A program made the position numbers and the translations under genes. The notes below the pieces were generated by a model. That model ran no database searches. It was not told the origin of the DNA and saw nothing but the letters and a program-made list of their open reading frames with translations. Source: a virus. From it: a stretch of 64,000 nt of DNA. Every line of letters begins with the position of its first letter. The first letter of the stretch is position 1. The DNA lies in the IMG/VR virus record IMGVR_UViG_3300027801_001493, positions 32,001 through 96,000 of that record; one strand, written 5' to 3'. Below are positions 19,523-29,168 of this stretch, one piece after another.

Positions 19523-21689
19523 TGTTTACTTCTCCATCTATGTCCTGAACAGTAACAAATAAATTTTTCATATCCTCAAATAAAATCTTTTTACTTAAAG
19601 GTTTTTTAAGTTCATTCTCGAACAATCGTTTTAATGGTCTCGCTCCCATTGATGGGTCGTATCCTTTATCTACAAAGTAAGTAACTGCACTCTTGTCTAG
19701 CTCTATTGCAATGTTTCTCTCTTTTAATTGTTCGTTAATTTCTTCTTCAAGGCGTTTTACAATCTTTTCAACTACACCTTTATCTAATTTGTTGAATCTA
19801 ATTACAGCATCTAATCTGTTTCTAAACTCTGGAGTGAAGAAACTTTTAACTGCCGCAACATCTGTATCAATTTTAGTATTTTTACCAAATCCAATTTTAA
19901 GTTTCTCTGCATCTGCGGCTCCTAAGTTACTGGTCATTAACAATACAACATTAGTAAAGTCTGTCTTTTTACCTGTTGCGCCTGTTAAGTGTCCATCGTC
20001 CATTACTTGTAGTAATACCTGCAATACCTCTGGTGCGGCTTTCTCAACCTCATCAAGTAACAATACGCAATTAGGATTTTCTTCTACTGCTGTGAGTAGT
20101 TGTCCTTGCCCCATTTTGCCTTCTGCATGTCCAACATATCCTGGAGGAGCACCAATAAGTTTACTTACACTATGTCGTTCCTGATACTCTGACATATCAA
20201 AACGTACTAGTTTACTTTCTAATGCTACTGCTAATTGTTTAGCACTTTCTGTTTTACCTGTACCAGTTGGTCCTACTAATAGGAAACTACCCACCGGCTT
20301 GTTCGCTTCTCTTAATCCTGATTTAGCAACTAGTATACTTTCAACAATGCTATCAATTGCTTCGTCTTGTCCGTATACTTTTGTTTTAATTCTTTTATCT
20401 AAACTTTTATATCCTTGTGTGCTATCAACATCAATAACATCTTTACCAATCTTACTCATCTTGCTTATAACATGTAGAATGTCATCTTGCATTACTTCTG
20501 TTTCGCCTCTGAGTTTTGTTCTGGCTCCAGCCGCATCAATAATATCTACTGCTTTGTCTGGGAAGAATTTATTCTTAATGTACCTGTCTGCTAAGTCTAC
20601 ACTTTTCTCTACCATTTCATCTGTGTACGTTACATTATGGAATGCTTCAAAGTAAGGCTTTAGTCCTACAGCAATTTTAATTGTATCTTCTACATTAGTA
20701 GGCTCAATATCTATACGTTGGAATCTACGCATTAATGCTTTGTCTTTTTCAAAATGTGTTGCGTACTCATCATTAGTTGTAGCACCCATAGTAAGCATCT
20801 TACCTCTTCCTAACACAGGCTTTAACAAGTTTGCTATATCTACATTACTACTGCCGGCACTACCGGCTCCCATTATCATATGAATCTCATCAATAAACAA
20901 TATAATGTTCTTGTTCTTTTCTAAGTTATCTAATACAATTTTAATACGTTCCTCAAAGTCTCCTCTGTATCTAGTACCAGCAAGTAAGGCACCAATGTCT
21001 AAGCTGAATACTGTTTTGTCTTTAAGTGCATTAGGTACTTGACCTTCTACAATTTTTAATGCTAGTCCTTCAGCAATAGCAGTTTTACCTGTGCCTGGCT
21101 CACCAATTAGTAATGGATTGTTTTTCTTACGTCTTGCTAAAATATGTACCAAGTCATCTACTTCTTCCATTCTACCTATAAGTGGATCTATCTCACTTTC
21201 AGATGCTTTTTCATTTAAGTTAATTAAAAATTCTTCTGCATCTTTCATAGCATCGCCAACACTTTGATTCTTAGTTAGGTGCTCTATAAGTTTAAATCTA
21301 TGTATACCGTTAAGTTCTAGTAAGTATCTAGCATGTGTATTCTCTTCTGATAGAATACTAACAAGTAAGTCCATTGCATTCACTTGTTCTCTAGCACTGA
21401 ATATTACTTGGGCAAATGCTCGTTGTAATACACGTTCGATACTAACAGTTTTCTTAGGTCTACCGTCCCATGGTACTTCACCATGTAGTCCATTGTATGC
21501 TGTATCGTTTAAGTATTCGTGTAAATCAGTCTTAGCGGTTTCCCAATCACATTCAACTAGTTGAAGTATATCTGTTACGTCAGAATCTTCTAGTAAGCAG
21601 TACACTAAATGTTCTAGTGTTACATACTCATGTTTGTTATCTGTTGCATAATTAACTGCACATTCTATTACATTATCTACGTTGCTCAT
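19494..21689 (-). CDS. clpA: ATP-dependent Clp protease ATP-binding subunit ClpA
   Basis: Clp N-domain, GEPGTGKT/IDEIH (D1), GPTGTGKT/LDEVEKA (D2), GAPPGYVG, IGF loop, no M-domain. Confidence 0.92.
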   Translation of the reverse strand: MSNVDNVIECAVNYATDNKHEYVTLEHLVYCLLEDSDVTDILQLVECDWETAKTDLHEYLNDTAYNGLHGEVPWDGRPKKTVSIERVLQRAFAQVIFSAREQVNAMDLLVSILSEENTHARYLLELNGIHRFKLIEHLTKNQSVGDAMKDAEEFLINLNEKASESEIDPLIGRMEEVDDLVHILARRKKNNPLLIGEPGTGKTAIAEGLALKIVEGQVPNALKDKTVFSLDIGALLAGTRYRGDFEERIKIVLDNLEKNKNIILFIDEIHMIMGAGSAGSSNVDIANLLKPVLGRGKMLTMGATTNDEYATHFEKDKALMRRFQRIDIEPTNVEDTIKIAVGLKPYFEAFHNVTYTDEMVEKSVDLADRYIKNKFFPDKAVDIIDAAGARTKLRGETEVMQDDILHVISKMSKIGKDVIDVDSTQGYKSLDKRIKTKVYGQDEAIDSIVESILVAKSGLREANKPVGSFLLVGPTGTGKTESAKQLAVALESKLVRFDMSEYQERHSVSKLIGAPPGYVGHAEGKMGQGQLLTAVEENPNCVLLLDEVEKAAPEVLQVLLQVMDDGHLTGATGKKTDFTNVVLLMTSNLGAADAEKLKIGFGKNTKIDTDVAAVKSFFTPEFRNRLDAVIRFNKLDKGVVEKIVKRLEEEINEQLKERNIAIELDKSAVTYFVDKGYDPSMGARPLKRLFENELKKPLSKKILFEDMKNLFVTVQDIDGEVNIETTRPKEV

Positions 21690-21697
21690 ACTACTAT

Positions 21698-22492
21698 TTA
21701 CATCTCCTTATCAATAAAGTTGCCGAATCTTTGCAACTGTTCTTCTGTTAAATTTGGGGTAGTTACATCTACTATTACAAATAGGTCTCCTACACGCCCT
21801 CCTTGGGGGTTTGACATACCTTTTCCTTGTAATTTTAATCTGCTCTGAGGAGCCGAATTTTTTGGAACTTTTACTTCAAACTCTTTTCCATCTAAGTGAT
21901 GAAACCTCACAACTGTACCAGTGATTGCTTGTATGTAATTTATTTGTACTCTAACAAATAAATTGTTACGTTCCCTTCCCCACTCTTGTGGTTCGTGTAC
22001 AAACACTCTGCATATTAAATCTCCAGCTGGTATGCCTTGTTGTTGTATTGGACCTTTACCACGCATAACAAACTTACTGCCTTGCTCAGTTCCCATTGGG
22101 ATAGTTAGTTTATATTTTGCATAGCCTGTATCAATTATTTTCTCTGTACCTGAATATACTTCTGCTAAGTCTACATGAACATCACATACTGCATCTGGGT
22201 TACGTTGGGGTCTTCGCTGTTGTCTAAAGCCTCCGCCAAATATATCACTAAATACATCTCCAAAAGGATTACCTTGTCCAAAAGGATCTTGTCCTTGAAA
22301 AGGACTTGGGTTATCGTACTGCTGTCTCTTATCAGGATCGCTTAATACTTCGTATGCTTGTTGTATCTTTTTAAACTCTTCTGGATCGCCGCCTTTGTCA
22401 GGGTGATGTTTACTCGCAAGTTTACGAAAAGACTGTTTAATCTCCGCTTTATCTGATTGAGGTGTAACACCTAATGTTTGGTAATGGTCCAT
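21698..22492 (-). CDS. dnaJ: DnaJ-class (CbpA-like, no Zn finger) co-chaperone
   Basis: J-domain with HPDKGG, G/F-rich linker, C-terminal GKGM...GDLFV domain. Confidence 0.88.
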   Translation of the reverse strand: MDHYQTLGVTPQSDKAEIKQSFRKLASKHHPDKGGDPEEFKKIQQAYEVLSDPDKRQQYDNPSPFQGQDPFGQGNPFGDVFSDIFGGGFRQQRRPQRNPDAVCDVHVDLAEVYSGTEKIIDTGYAKYKLTIPMGTEQGSKFVMRGKGPIQQQGIPAGDLICRVFVHEPQEWGRERNNLFVRVQINYIQAITGTVVRFHHLDGKEFEVKVPKNSAPQSRLKLQGKGMSNPQGGRVGDLFVIVDVTTPNLTEEQLQRFGNFIDKEM

Positions 22493-22498
22493 GACTTA

Positions 22499-22527
22499 AT
22501 TATATACTACTAGTTGTAGGAAGTCAA
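22499..22527 (-). promoter_or_regulatory. sigma70-type promoter; dnaJ ATG at predicted +1
   Basis: TTGACT-N17-TATAAT-N6-ATG, no SD. Confidence 0.75.
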
Positions 22528-22534
22528 GTTAAAA

Positions 22535-22765
22535 CTATGCTAGGTCGTTTACTAGAGCTATTAAGTCTTTAACTGTCTTGATGTCATCTATATCGTCGTC
22601 TGCAATTTCTATATCAAACTCATTTTCAAATGCTAAAACAACTTCTACTGAGTCCAAACTATCAAAGTTTAAATCATCAAAGAGATGTGAATCTTCTTTA
22701 ATCTTTTCTTTTGGTATGTTTAGTTCTGTTGAAATTACTTTTTGTACTTGTTCAAATATATTCAT
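22535..22765 (-). CDS. acpP: Acyl carrier protein
   Basis: 76 aa acidic; DLNFDSLDSVEVVLAFENEFDIEI phosphopantetheine Ser motif; IKTVKD. Confidence 0.92.
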   Translation of the reverse strand: MNIFEQVQKVISTELNIPKEKIKEDSHLFDDLNFDSLDSVEVVLAFENEFDIEIADDDIDDIKTVKDLIALVNDLA

Positions 22766-22767
22766 TA

Positions 22768-23502
22768 TTAATCCTTACTGCCTAATGACGGTAATAGTGA
22801 TGATAGACTGAATGCACTTTTTGTTTCTTGTACATCTGGTGCTGGTCCAGTCGGGGTTTCATTGTCAGCCTCTGCGGCATCCTTGTCGTTTTGTTGTCTT
22901 TCTTTATTCTCTTCTAGCCAACCTTCTTTACCTTTAGGAGCAGTTGCCTCTCTATAGTAATATATTATATCTTTCTGTTGACCAATGTATCGCTTAATCT
23001 CTTGTAGGTTAGCAGACATTTTTTCATAGCCTACTGGAGTCATTGCAAATATAACAAAGTCTCCATCTAACATTATTTCGACTTCTACAATCTTTTGTTC
23101 TAAGTTACCACATACTTGGATAACACCATTGCCATCTGTTAAGTGTTCTAATTCTACACGTTTGTTCTTTTCATCTCTTTGAACTACTCGTTTTGTTGTA
23201 CCATCTTCTTGTGCAACTTGGTCGTATGCAAATCTTTCTGTGGTGTAATACCACTTACCTTGTGATAATGTTTTCTTGCCTGTTGCAGGTTTGCATGGAG
23301 TATTAGTAATAACTTTCCAGTCTACATCATTTAAGTTAATTGATTGTGGTAAAGGTGGTGCGTATATTTCTACTTCAACAGTTTCAGTAATTACTTTAAC
23401 TGGAGGTAAAGGTTGGAAGCCAGTTGAAGCACATGATGTCATAAGAAATGCTAGTGCTAGAATTGATGCTGTCTGTATTGTTTTTCTGTTTAAAATATCC
23501 AT
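22768..23502 (-). CDS. Putative o-spanin lipoprotein with internal insertion (start likely 23502)
   Basis: Lipobox MTSC, Pro-rich PPLPQSINLNDVDWKVIT, FAMTPVGYEKMSANLQEIKRYIGQQKDIIYYY. Confidence 0.6.
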   Translation of the reverse strand: MDILNRKTIQTASILALAFLMTSCASTGFQPLPPVKVITETVEVEIYAPPLPQSINLNDVDWKVITNTPCKPATGKKTLSQGKWYYTTERFAYDQVAQEDGTTKRVVQRDEKNKRVELEHLTDGNGVIQVCGNLEQKIVEVEIMLDGDFVIFAMTPVGYEKMSANLQEIKRYIGQQKDIIYYYREATAPKGKEGWLEENKERQQNDKDAAEADNETPTGPAPDVQETKSAFSLSSLLPSLGSKD

Positions 23503-23642
23503 TGTATAATAAGTGTTAGTAGCACTCCTTTCGAAAATGCCATCCATAAGTATGTGTAGTCGTTAATATTGTATTTGTCTTGAAAATCTTCAACCGCGTC
23601 TTTGTGCCAGTCTATAATGTCGTTTAATGTTTCTTTAATCAT
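23490..23642 (-). CDS. Small membrane protein, 50 aa (not in ORF track)
   Basis: MIKETLNDIIDWHKDAVEDFQDKYNINDYTYLWMAFSKGVLLTLIIQWIF; overlaps both spanin-like neighbours. Confidence 0.6.
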   Translation of the reverse strand: MIKETLNDIIDWHKDAVEDFQDKYNINDYTYLWMAFSKGVLLTLIIQWIF

Positions 23643-24072
23643 CTGCTCTCTCCACTTCATTTAAATTAGCAACTTCCTTGCTGTCTTGTTCTACTGCTCT
23701 AAATATACTACTAGTAGCATCATTGGCTCTACTTTCAATCATGCCAGGTCTTAATCTAGACAGTTTAGTAAAGTTATGGTCACTGAATATCTTCTGAGCT
23801 TCTTTTGCCTGTCTTTCCCACTCATTGGATTTAACTGTAAGGTCTCCAATTTGTGCTATTTGTTTGCTGTTACTCTCTTCTAAACCTCTAATAGTTGATT
23901 CGTTAATATCTGCCGCACTTTGTAACGAAACGTTGTGTTGGTTAAGTACATTGATTTGAATTTGTTGTTCTTCTACTTGCTTTGTTAAGCCGTTAACTAT
24001 AAACGTATGGGCTCCATAGGCAAATAAAAGTGCTATCCCTACAAAGGGTAATGATTTAATAAATGCTAACAT
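23635..24072 (-). CDS. Putative i-spanin
   Basis: N-terminal TM helix then long coiled coil; HNFTKLSRLRPGMIESRAN; lies upstream of the lipoprotein. Confidence 0.6.
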   Translation of the reverse strand: MLAFIKSLPFVGIALLFAYGAHTFIVNGLTKQVEEQQIQINVLNQHNVSLQSAADINESTIRGLEESNSKQIAQIGDLTVKSNEWERQAKEAQKIFSDHNFTKLSRLRPGMIESRANDATSSIFRAVEQDSKEVANLNEVERADD

Positions 24073-24824
24073 GGTTTTGCAACTAACACTTGGTCAGTAG
24101 CAGGATTGTGGAATACAATATGCTTATTGATTGGAATGATGTTTAACTCTCCTCTCATGCTTTCTAATGTACTCACTAAAGTCTTATCCCAATCGTAATC
24201 TATTGCCGCTTCGGATATGCCTGCTTCTTCTAGTGTTACCTTTCCTTCTCCAAATTGTACAAATTCTAGTTGTAATTTATACTTATAGTCTCTAATTGTT
24301 AAGACGTTGTTTTCAAGAACACAATCTTTGATAAACGTATTGTTCAGAATAAAATCTTCTATTTCTACTATTTTCATATTCTCATCCGCTTTTGTTTTTT
24401 GTTCTTTTGTTTGGTAAGTCTCAGGTGATTGCTTAATAAGTGTTTCGAGCATAGGATCACTTAGTGAAAGTTCTGAATCAGATAGTAAAGGTTTAACTTG
24501 CCAATCAAGGTTACCACTTACATTAATAATATCTTTACAAAGGTTTCTTAAGCCTTCTATCATACCTTCTGTTCTGTCTACTTCAACAAACACCATATAA
24601 AGATTATCTTCATTTGGGTTTGGTGTTACTTCAACATCTCTGTGTTCATGTATACTCTTTGAAATAAATTTTGCTAAATCGTCTCCAGCATTTTGTTCTG
24701 TTACATAAAATCCTATAACTGCAATGTCTTCTTTCTCTCCAGTCTTTGGTTCGAATTCATCTACACTAACTTTATTTGTAACTACACCTTGTAGGTCACC
24801 ATGTTTTAATGCTTCTTTTATCAT
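24066..24824 (-). CDS. Hypothetical protein
   Basis: 252-aa ORF coupled to neighbours. Confidence 0.65.
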   Translation of the reverse strand: MIKEALKHGDLQGVVTNKVSVDEFEPKTGEKEDIAVIGFYVTEQNAGDDLAKFISKSIHEHRDVEVTPNPNEDNLYMVFVEVDRTEGMIEGLRNLCKDIINVSGNLDWQVKPLLSDSELSLSDPMLETLIKQSPETYQTKEQKTKADENMKIVEIEDFILNNTFIKDCVLENNVLTIRDYKYKLQLEFVQFGEGKVTLEEAGISEAAIDYDWDKTLVSTLESMRGELNIIPINKHIVFHNPATDQVLVAKPC

Positions 24825-24826
24825 TA

Positions 24827-25171
24827 TTATTCTCCTGGATGATCTTTTTGATGTTCTTTCATGTGTTCATCAAACTCTGTCTGAATTTTTGATATTTCCT
24901 TTTGTAGGTATTCAATGTTTAAATCTTGTACAGCATCATCAGGTAACGCACCCAACTCACCTCTTGGCCATTTGATTCTAAACTCTGAATTAATCTCTAC
25001 AGAATCTTGCATTCTAACTGTGTCTAATTGTAATTGAGAAATCTCTCCAGTCAGTGTAAAATATACACCTGCTATAGACAATATAGTAATCAGTATTCCT
25101 ACTAGACTTTTTATATCTATTGTTAGTTGACTCCTGTCGTTCAACGCTATTGGTTTGATGTCTTCACTCAT
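24827..25171 (-). CDS. Single-TM hypothetical protein
   Basis: LVGILITILSIAGVYFTL followed by coiled coil. Confidence 0.6.
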   Translation of the reverse strand: MSEDIKPIALNDRSQLTIDIKSLVGILITILSIAGVYFTLTGEISQLQLDTVRMQDSVEINSEFRIKWPRGELGALPDDAVQDLNIEYLQKEISKIQTEFDEHMKEHQKDHPGE

Positions 25172-25728
25172 ACTAAAGGTGCCTCCGCTCCAGGTACAGC
25201 CATGTTAGGGTCTGGATTAACGTTAGGTTGTTCTAATGCTTGGTCCTGAGCACTTTGCATTGCTTCTAAATCAACATAACTATCTTCTGCCGCTTCTACT
25301 TGTTCTCTGCTAAACTCATCTACATAACGTCTTGGCATTTTAATCTCAACTATCCAAATAGGATGGTCTTGTTTTTTTGCAACACGTCTTGGATTCATAC
25401 CTCTAACTTTAACTTCTGTGTCCTCTATGCTTTTGATAGGTCTCGAAGTAACTAATGTATCTTTGTACATTTTAACTTCACAGTCGTTTTCTTTTAAACG
25501 TAATAGCCCTTCTGGATCAGGCATTCCCTTATGCTTGTACATTAAAGCAACTTCTACAAAGTATCTACCTAACTTAGGGCCAGCAATTACTTCGCCTTGA
25601 TCCCAATTCTTGTATGCATATAAGTCAAAGTTGTCAATTACACCTTCAAACTCGCATAACATATCTAAAAGAGTGTTAGTATCTGATATCTTTTTTACGT
25701 TATCGTTAATAATTTTAATAGTTTGCAT
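25168..25728 (-). CDS. Hypothetical protein
   Basis: 186-aa ORF; TAAATA motif and AGGA SD upstream. Confidence 0.65.
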   Translation of the reverse strand: MQTIKIINDNVKKISDTNTLLDMLCEFEGVIDNFDLYAYKNWDQGEVIAGPKLGRYFVEVALMYKHKGMPDPEGLLRLKENDCEVKMYKDTLVTSRPIKSIEDTEVKVRGMNPRRVAKKQDHPIWIVEIKMPRRYVDEFSREQVEAAEDSYVDLEAMQSAQDQALEQPNVNPDPNMAVPGAEAPLV

Positions 25729-25943
25729 TTTATATATTTCCTAATTACATGTATTTATGCAAAAAAGATAAACTCCAGCCGTTTTTTAAAACAGGTGTTT
25801 AACATTTTACACCTGATGCTAAATATTTTATGTATTATGATAATCAACCATATAAAAAGTTGTCGACAAACATTACATCCAACATATACCGTGATGGGGC
25901 AATCCATTTACGGTTTTTTTATGGCTCAACCAAGGAGACTATT

Positions 25944-26690
25944 ATGTCAAGAAGTAAAAGAAAAGACAAGAAGTTTAAAACTAGATTCAAGGAGAACGCA
26001 CATTTGAAAATAATCGCAGGCGGTCAAGTCGAGACTATAAAACGACAAACCAAAGTAAACATAGTTCCACGTAACTTTAAACAAGACGATTTATTAGGAT
26101 TGTTATCCGATTCCACCAAACCCATTGTATTCGCTACAGGACCAGCAGGAACTGGTAAGACCATTGTGAGTACATTATATGCTATCAAGCAATTCAGGGA
26201 AGGGAAGTGTGATAAGATAATAATTACGAGACCAGCAGTAAGTGTAGATGAGCAACACGGATTCTTGCCCGGTACATTAGTGGAGAAGATGGCTCCATGG
26301 ACACGCCCTATAATGGATGTGTTCGAAGAATTCTATCACCCCAAAGAGATTGAATATCTTGTTGAGGAGAACAAGGTAGAAATAGCACCGTTGGCATACA
26401 TGAGAGGTAGAACATTTAAAAATGCTATCATACTTGCAGATGAAATGCAGAATGCTACAAAAGAGCAGATCAAAATGTTATTAACAAGGATAGGAGATAA
26501 TAGTAAACTTATTGTTAATGGCGATTTGAATCAGCACGATAGAGGTTATGAGACCAACGGCTTAAAGGACTTTCTGGCTAGGTTAAAGGAAAGTAGTTCT
26601 AGTATGATGGGTTTAATTGAGTTTGACCACAATCAAATTGAAAGGCACCCGGCAGTTAGTGAGGTACTTAGGATTTATCAATCCGAGTAA
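25944..26690 (+). CDS. phoH: PhoH-family ATPase (start likely 25944)
   Basis: GPAGTGKT, TRPAV, GFLPG, LAYMRGRTF, DEMQN, NGDLNQHD, RHP; AAGGAGA SD. Confidence 0.92.
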   Translation: MSRSKRKDKKFKTRFKENAHLKIIAGGQVETIKRQTKVNIVPRNFKQDDLLGLLSDSTKPIVFATGPAGTGKTIVSTLYAIKQFREGKCDKIIITRPAVSVDEQHGFLPGTLVEKMAPWTRPIMDVFEEFYHPKEIEYLVEENKVEIAPLAYMRGRTFKNAIILADEMQNATKEQIKMLLTRIGDNSKLIVNGDLNQHDRGYETNGLKDFLARLKESSSSMMGLIEFDHNQIERHPAVSEVLRIYQSE

Positions 26691-26880
26691 GTAACTCTCT
26701 TAACACGTTCTGACACAGTTCACCGAATTGGGAGTCTTGTATATCATATAAGTCTCTCATTCGGTCTACTGCACTTTGTACAGCTCTTAACGGATCTGGA
26801 TTTCCACCAACAACATGTTTCCAAACAAACCCACCTGGCTTAAACTCTGGTTCTTTTAAAATTTCTTGAACATTGTCCAA
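26668..26880 (-). CDS. Small hypothetical protein
   Basis: 70-aa ORF coupled to the upstream gene. Confidence 0.5.
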   Translation of the reverse strand: MDNVQEILKEPEFKPGGFVWKHVVGGNPDPLRAVQSAVDRMRDLYDIQDSQFGELCQNVLRELLTRIDKS

Positions 26881-26881
26881 T

Positions 26882-27400
26882 TTAATTTAATACTGATGCA
26901 ATATAATGATTACCATCACCTTGGTCAATCAATGGAGTAATCTCTAAGTTAAGTTCTCCAATTGCTTCGCGTATCTGGTCTGTGTTGTAATCTACTGTAA
27001 TTATTCTGCCTGGTCTTCTTAATAAGCCTGACAGTTCATACATTGTTCTGTTTAATATTTCCTGGTATTCTGCATCCTGCATATCACCTTCTGTAGGTAC
27101 AACAAACGGTAAACTACAAAATATAAGATCTGTTTTGTGCGTTAGGTCGTCCCAGCCCTCTGGACTTAACACATTATGTGAAATAGTTATATCCTTATAT
27201 TCAGCATAATCTTCCCATTTTGCTTGGAATATTTGTTGTCTGAAATCTTCAATAATTGTAACTTTTTTACCTAGGTCTAAATATTTTTTTGCAAGGGCAC
27301 CGTTGCCTCTGCCAAACTCTACTAGAGTGATGTCTGTTGCATCCTCCATATAGATGTCTAAAATGTTGATTATACTGGATTCATAGTTTTCGATTAGCAT
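26882..27400 (-). CDS. Class I SAM-methyltransferase-like fold
   Basis: LVEFGRGNG motif I-like, VTIIED, DLIFCSLPF, LLRRPGRIITVDYN. Confidence 0.5.
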   Translation of the reverse strand: MLIENYESSIINILDIYMEDATDITLVEFGRGNGALAKKYLDLGKKVTIIEDFRQQIFQAKWEDYAEYKDITISHNVLSPEGWDDLTHKTDLIFCSLPFVVPTEGDMQDAEYQEILNRTMYELSGLLRRPGRIITVDYNTDQIREAIGELNLEITPLIDQGDGNHYIASVLN

Positions 27401-27514
27401 TTATTGTCCCTCATTAATGCATGTATTTAACTTAACTACTCACTTATCTTCTCTAGAATTGGTTTAAATAATATTGCTGGTTATAATTGTAACTGGCATT
27501 TAAGGGAGAATAAA

Positions 27515-27748
27515 ATGGATATACTTAAAAAGATTAGCGATTGGGCTAATAGTTTAACACAAACAGGTTTATCCTTACTAGCACTAGGTGTAGTATTAGA
27601 AGTACTATTCAACGGAGTCGGAATTCCATTCTGGCCCGACATTAGTGTAGTCGGAAATATAATGGGCATACTGAAAGGACTATCCTCAGAAGGATTGCTT
27701 GGTCTCGTAGGCGTTGCTGTTTTATATCATCTCTTTACCCGTAAGTAG
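27515..27748 (+). CDS. Small two-TM membrane protein
   Basis: Two hydrophobic helices; GGGAGA SD; followed by a terminator. Confidence 0.7.
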   Translation: MDILKKISDWANSLTQTGLSLLALGVVLEVLFNGVGIPFWPDISVVGNIMGILKGLSSEGLLGLVGVAVLYHLFTRK

Positions 27749-27766
27749 GTGAAGTAGGTAAAACTT

Positions 27767-27795
27767 TGAAAGGGTCATAATGGCCCTTTCATTTT
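27767..27795 (+). terminator. Intrinsic terminator
   Basis: TGAAAGGGTC-ATAAT-GGCCCTTTCA hairpin then T-rich tail. Confidence 0.65.
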
Positions 27796-27848
27796 ATAAT
27801 ACATACAACACAGACTTCCTTAAATTATAACTGCTTAAAGGGGTAACT

Positions 27849-28052
27849 ATGTCTAAGCATAACAGGAAGGTAAGTGCCTTCAAAACATTAACGTGGCGTA
27901 TTGTCGCATCAACTGATACATTCTTAATCGGGTGGCTTATATCTGGTAGTACAAGTATTGGATTAAGTATAGCAAGTATCGAAGTAGTAACCAAATTAGT
28001 TCTATACTATTGGCATGAAAGACTCTGGGAGAATCACGCCAGAAAGATTTAG
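27849..28052 (+). CDS. DUF2061-like small membrane protein
   Basis: KTLTWRIVASTDT ... KLVLYYWHERLW signature. Confidence 0.8.
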   Translation: MSKHNRKVSAFKTLTWRIVASTDTFLIGWLISGSTSIGLSIASIEVVTKLVLYYWHERLWENHARKI

Positions 28053-28058
28053 GTTATA

Positions 28059-28130
28059 GGAGTGTAAAGCATTACGGAAGTGCAAGTGTCATAGGCATAG
28101 CGGTTGGGTTCGACTCCCAATACACTCCTA
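28059..28130 (+). ncRNA. tRNA-like element with aberrant anticodon arm, no encoded CCA
   Basis: GGAGTGTA/TACACTCC acceptor-like stem, GCAT-TACGGAA-GTGC D-arm, TTGGG-TTCGACT-CCCAA T-arm; fills the intergenic gap. Confidence 0.55.
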
Positions 28131-29168
28131 CTAACTTATAACGTCATCAAATATGTCTTGAAAGTCTTGTGCTGTAAATGGAACAGGATGACTGATGTAT
28201 GCACTATCTCTTACAGCCTGAGCTATAAATCTATCTTGATGTTGTTTTCTATATCTGGATATCAAATCCCATTCAAGAATATACTGTCCGTATACTGCTA
28301 ACACTTGTTGAATCGGTGTGTGCTGATATGCATCAACATCTTTCTCTAAAGTCTTTGCAATGACATATGGAGCAAATAGTGTGTTAAGTTCTCCATGTGA
28401 TAAATCTGTGTTGTTAGCAATAGCATACGTGATAGTATGTATGTGTCCTAGTCCACAGTCCATTGCCTTGCTACCTAGCAATCCTACAATAGCCATATCC
28501 TCACGCCATTTATAGTTTATTTCGTATGCCGGTAAATGTTTTATTGCTAGTTGTATACCATACAATGCACTACCCTCTGCTATAGGGTTCCTTAGACTGC
28601 TTACAGCTCCTTCTAAGCAATGGGTCATGGCGTCTAGGGCAATTACCTCACTTATTCTTTTAGGTAAAGTTAATGCCAACGTAGGGTCTACGATGATAAC
28701 ATCTGGCTGTACACCTATATCATACACACTTTTCTTAGTATGGTCTGGTCTTACAATCATAAAACCTTTTGTAAGTTCTGTGCCAGCATAAGTTGTGGGT
28801 ACGAGTATTAAGTTAGGTCTATTGGTCAAGTTGAAGTATACTACTGCTTTGGCTAAGTCTATTACACTACCGCCACCTATACCAATAATAGTATCTGCTT
28901 CACTTTGTTTGAATGCCTCTATGGCTTGATTAACACTTTCCTCACTTGGGTCTACAAATGAGTCTACATACATTACAGCATTACCAAAACGTGCATTGTC
29001 TATAACATGGTTAAGTTTGTCTTGGTCTAAACTGCTTGTAGCAATTACAAATACCTTAGACATATTAAATTCATCTCTAAGGTCTTTAAGAAAGATACTG
29101 AATGCATCCTTCTCTATAATTATGTCTACATTCTGTTCTTTAAATCTCGCCATTTTTCTGCAGAGCAA
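28131..29168 (-). CDS. Iron-containing (type III) alcohol dehydrogenase
   Basis: GIGGGSVIDLAK, PTTYAGTE, DAMTHCLEG, GHIH, SHG metal ligands. Confidence 0.85.
   Translation of the reverse strand: MLCRKMARFKEQNVDIIIEKDAFSIFLKDLRDEFNMSKVFVIATSSLDQDKLNHVIDNARFGNAVMYVDSFVDPSEESVNQAIEAFKQSEADTIIGIGGGSVIDLAKAVVYFNLTNRPNLILVPTTYAGTELTKGFMIVRPDHTKKSVYDIGVQPDVIIVDPTLALTLPKRISEVIALDAMTHCLEGAVSSLRNPIAEGSALYGIQLAIKHLPAYEINYKWREDMAIVGLLGSKAMDCGLGHIHTITYAIANNTDLSHGELNTLFAPYVIAKTLEKDVDAYQHTPIQQVLAVYGQYILEWDLISRYRKQHQDRFIAQAVRDSAYISHPVPFTAQDFQDIFDDVIS

Noticed and set aside
25830-25943. 38-aa N-terminal extension of PhoH in the ORF track
   Set aside because: A strong AAGGAGA SD precedes ATG 25944 and the extension overlaps hairpins; not fully excluded because TAAATA lies 4 nt before 25830
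28059-28130. Selenocysteine tRNA reading of the tRNA-like element (8-bp acceptor, TCA present)
   Set aside because: No long variable arm or extended D-stem, and TCA cannot be centred in a paired 7-nt loop
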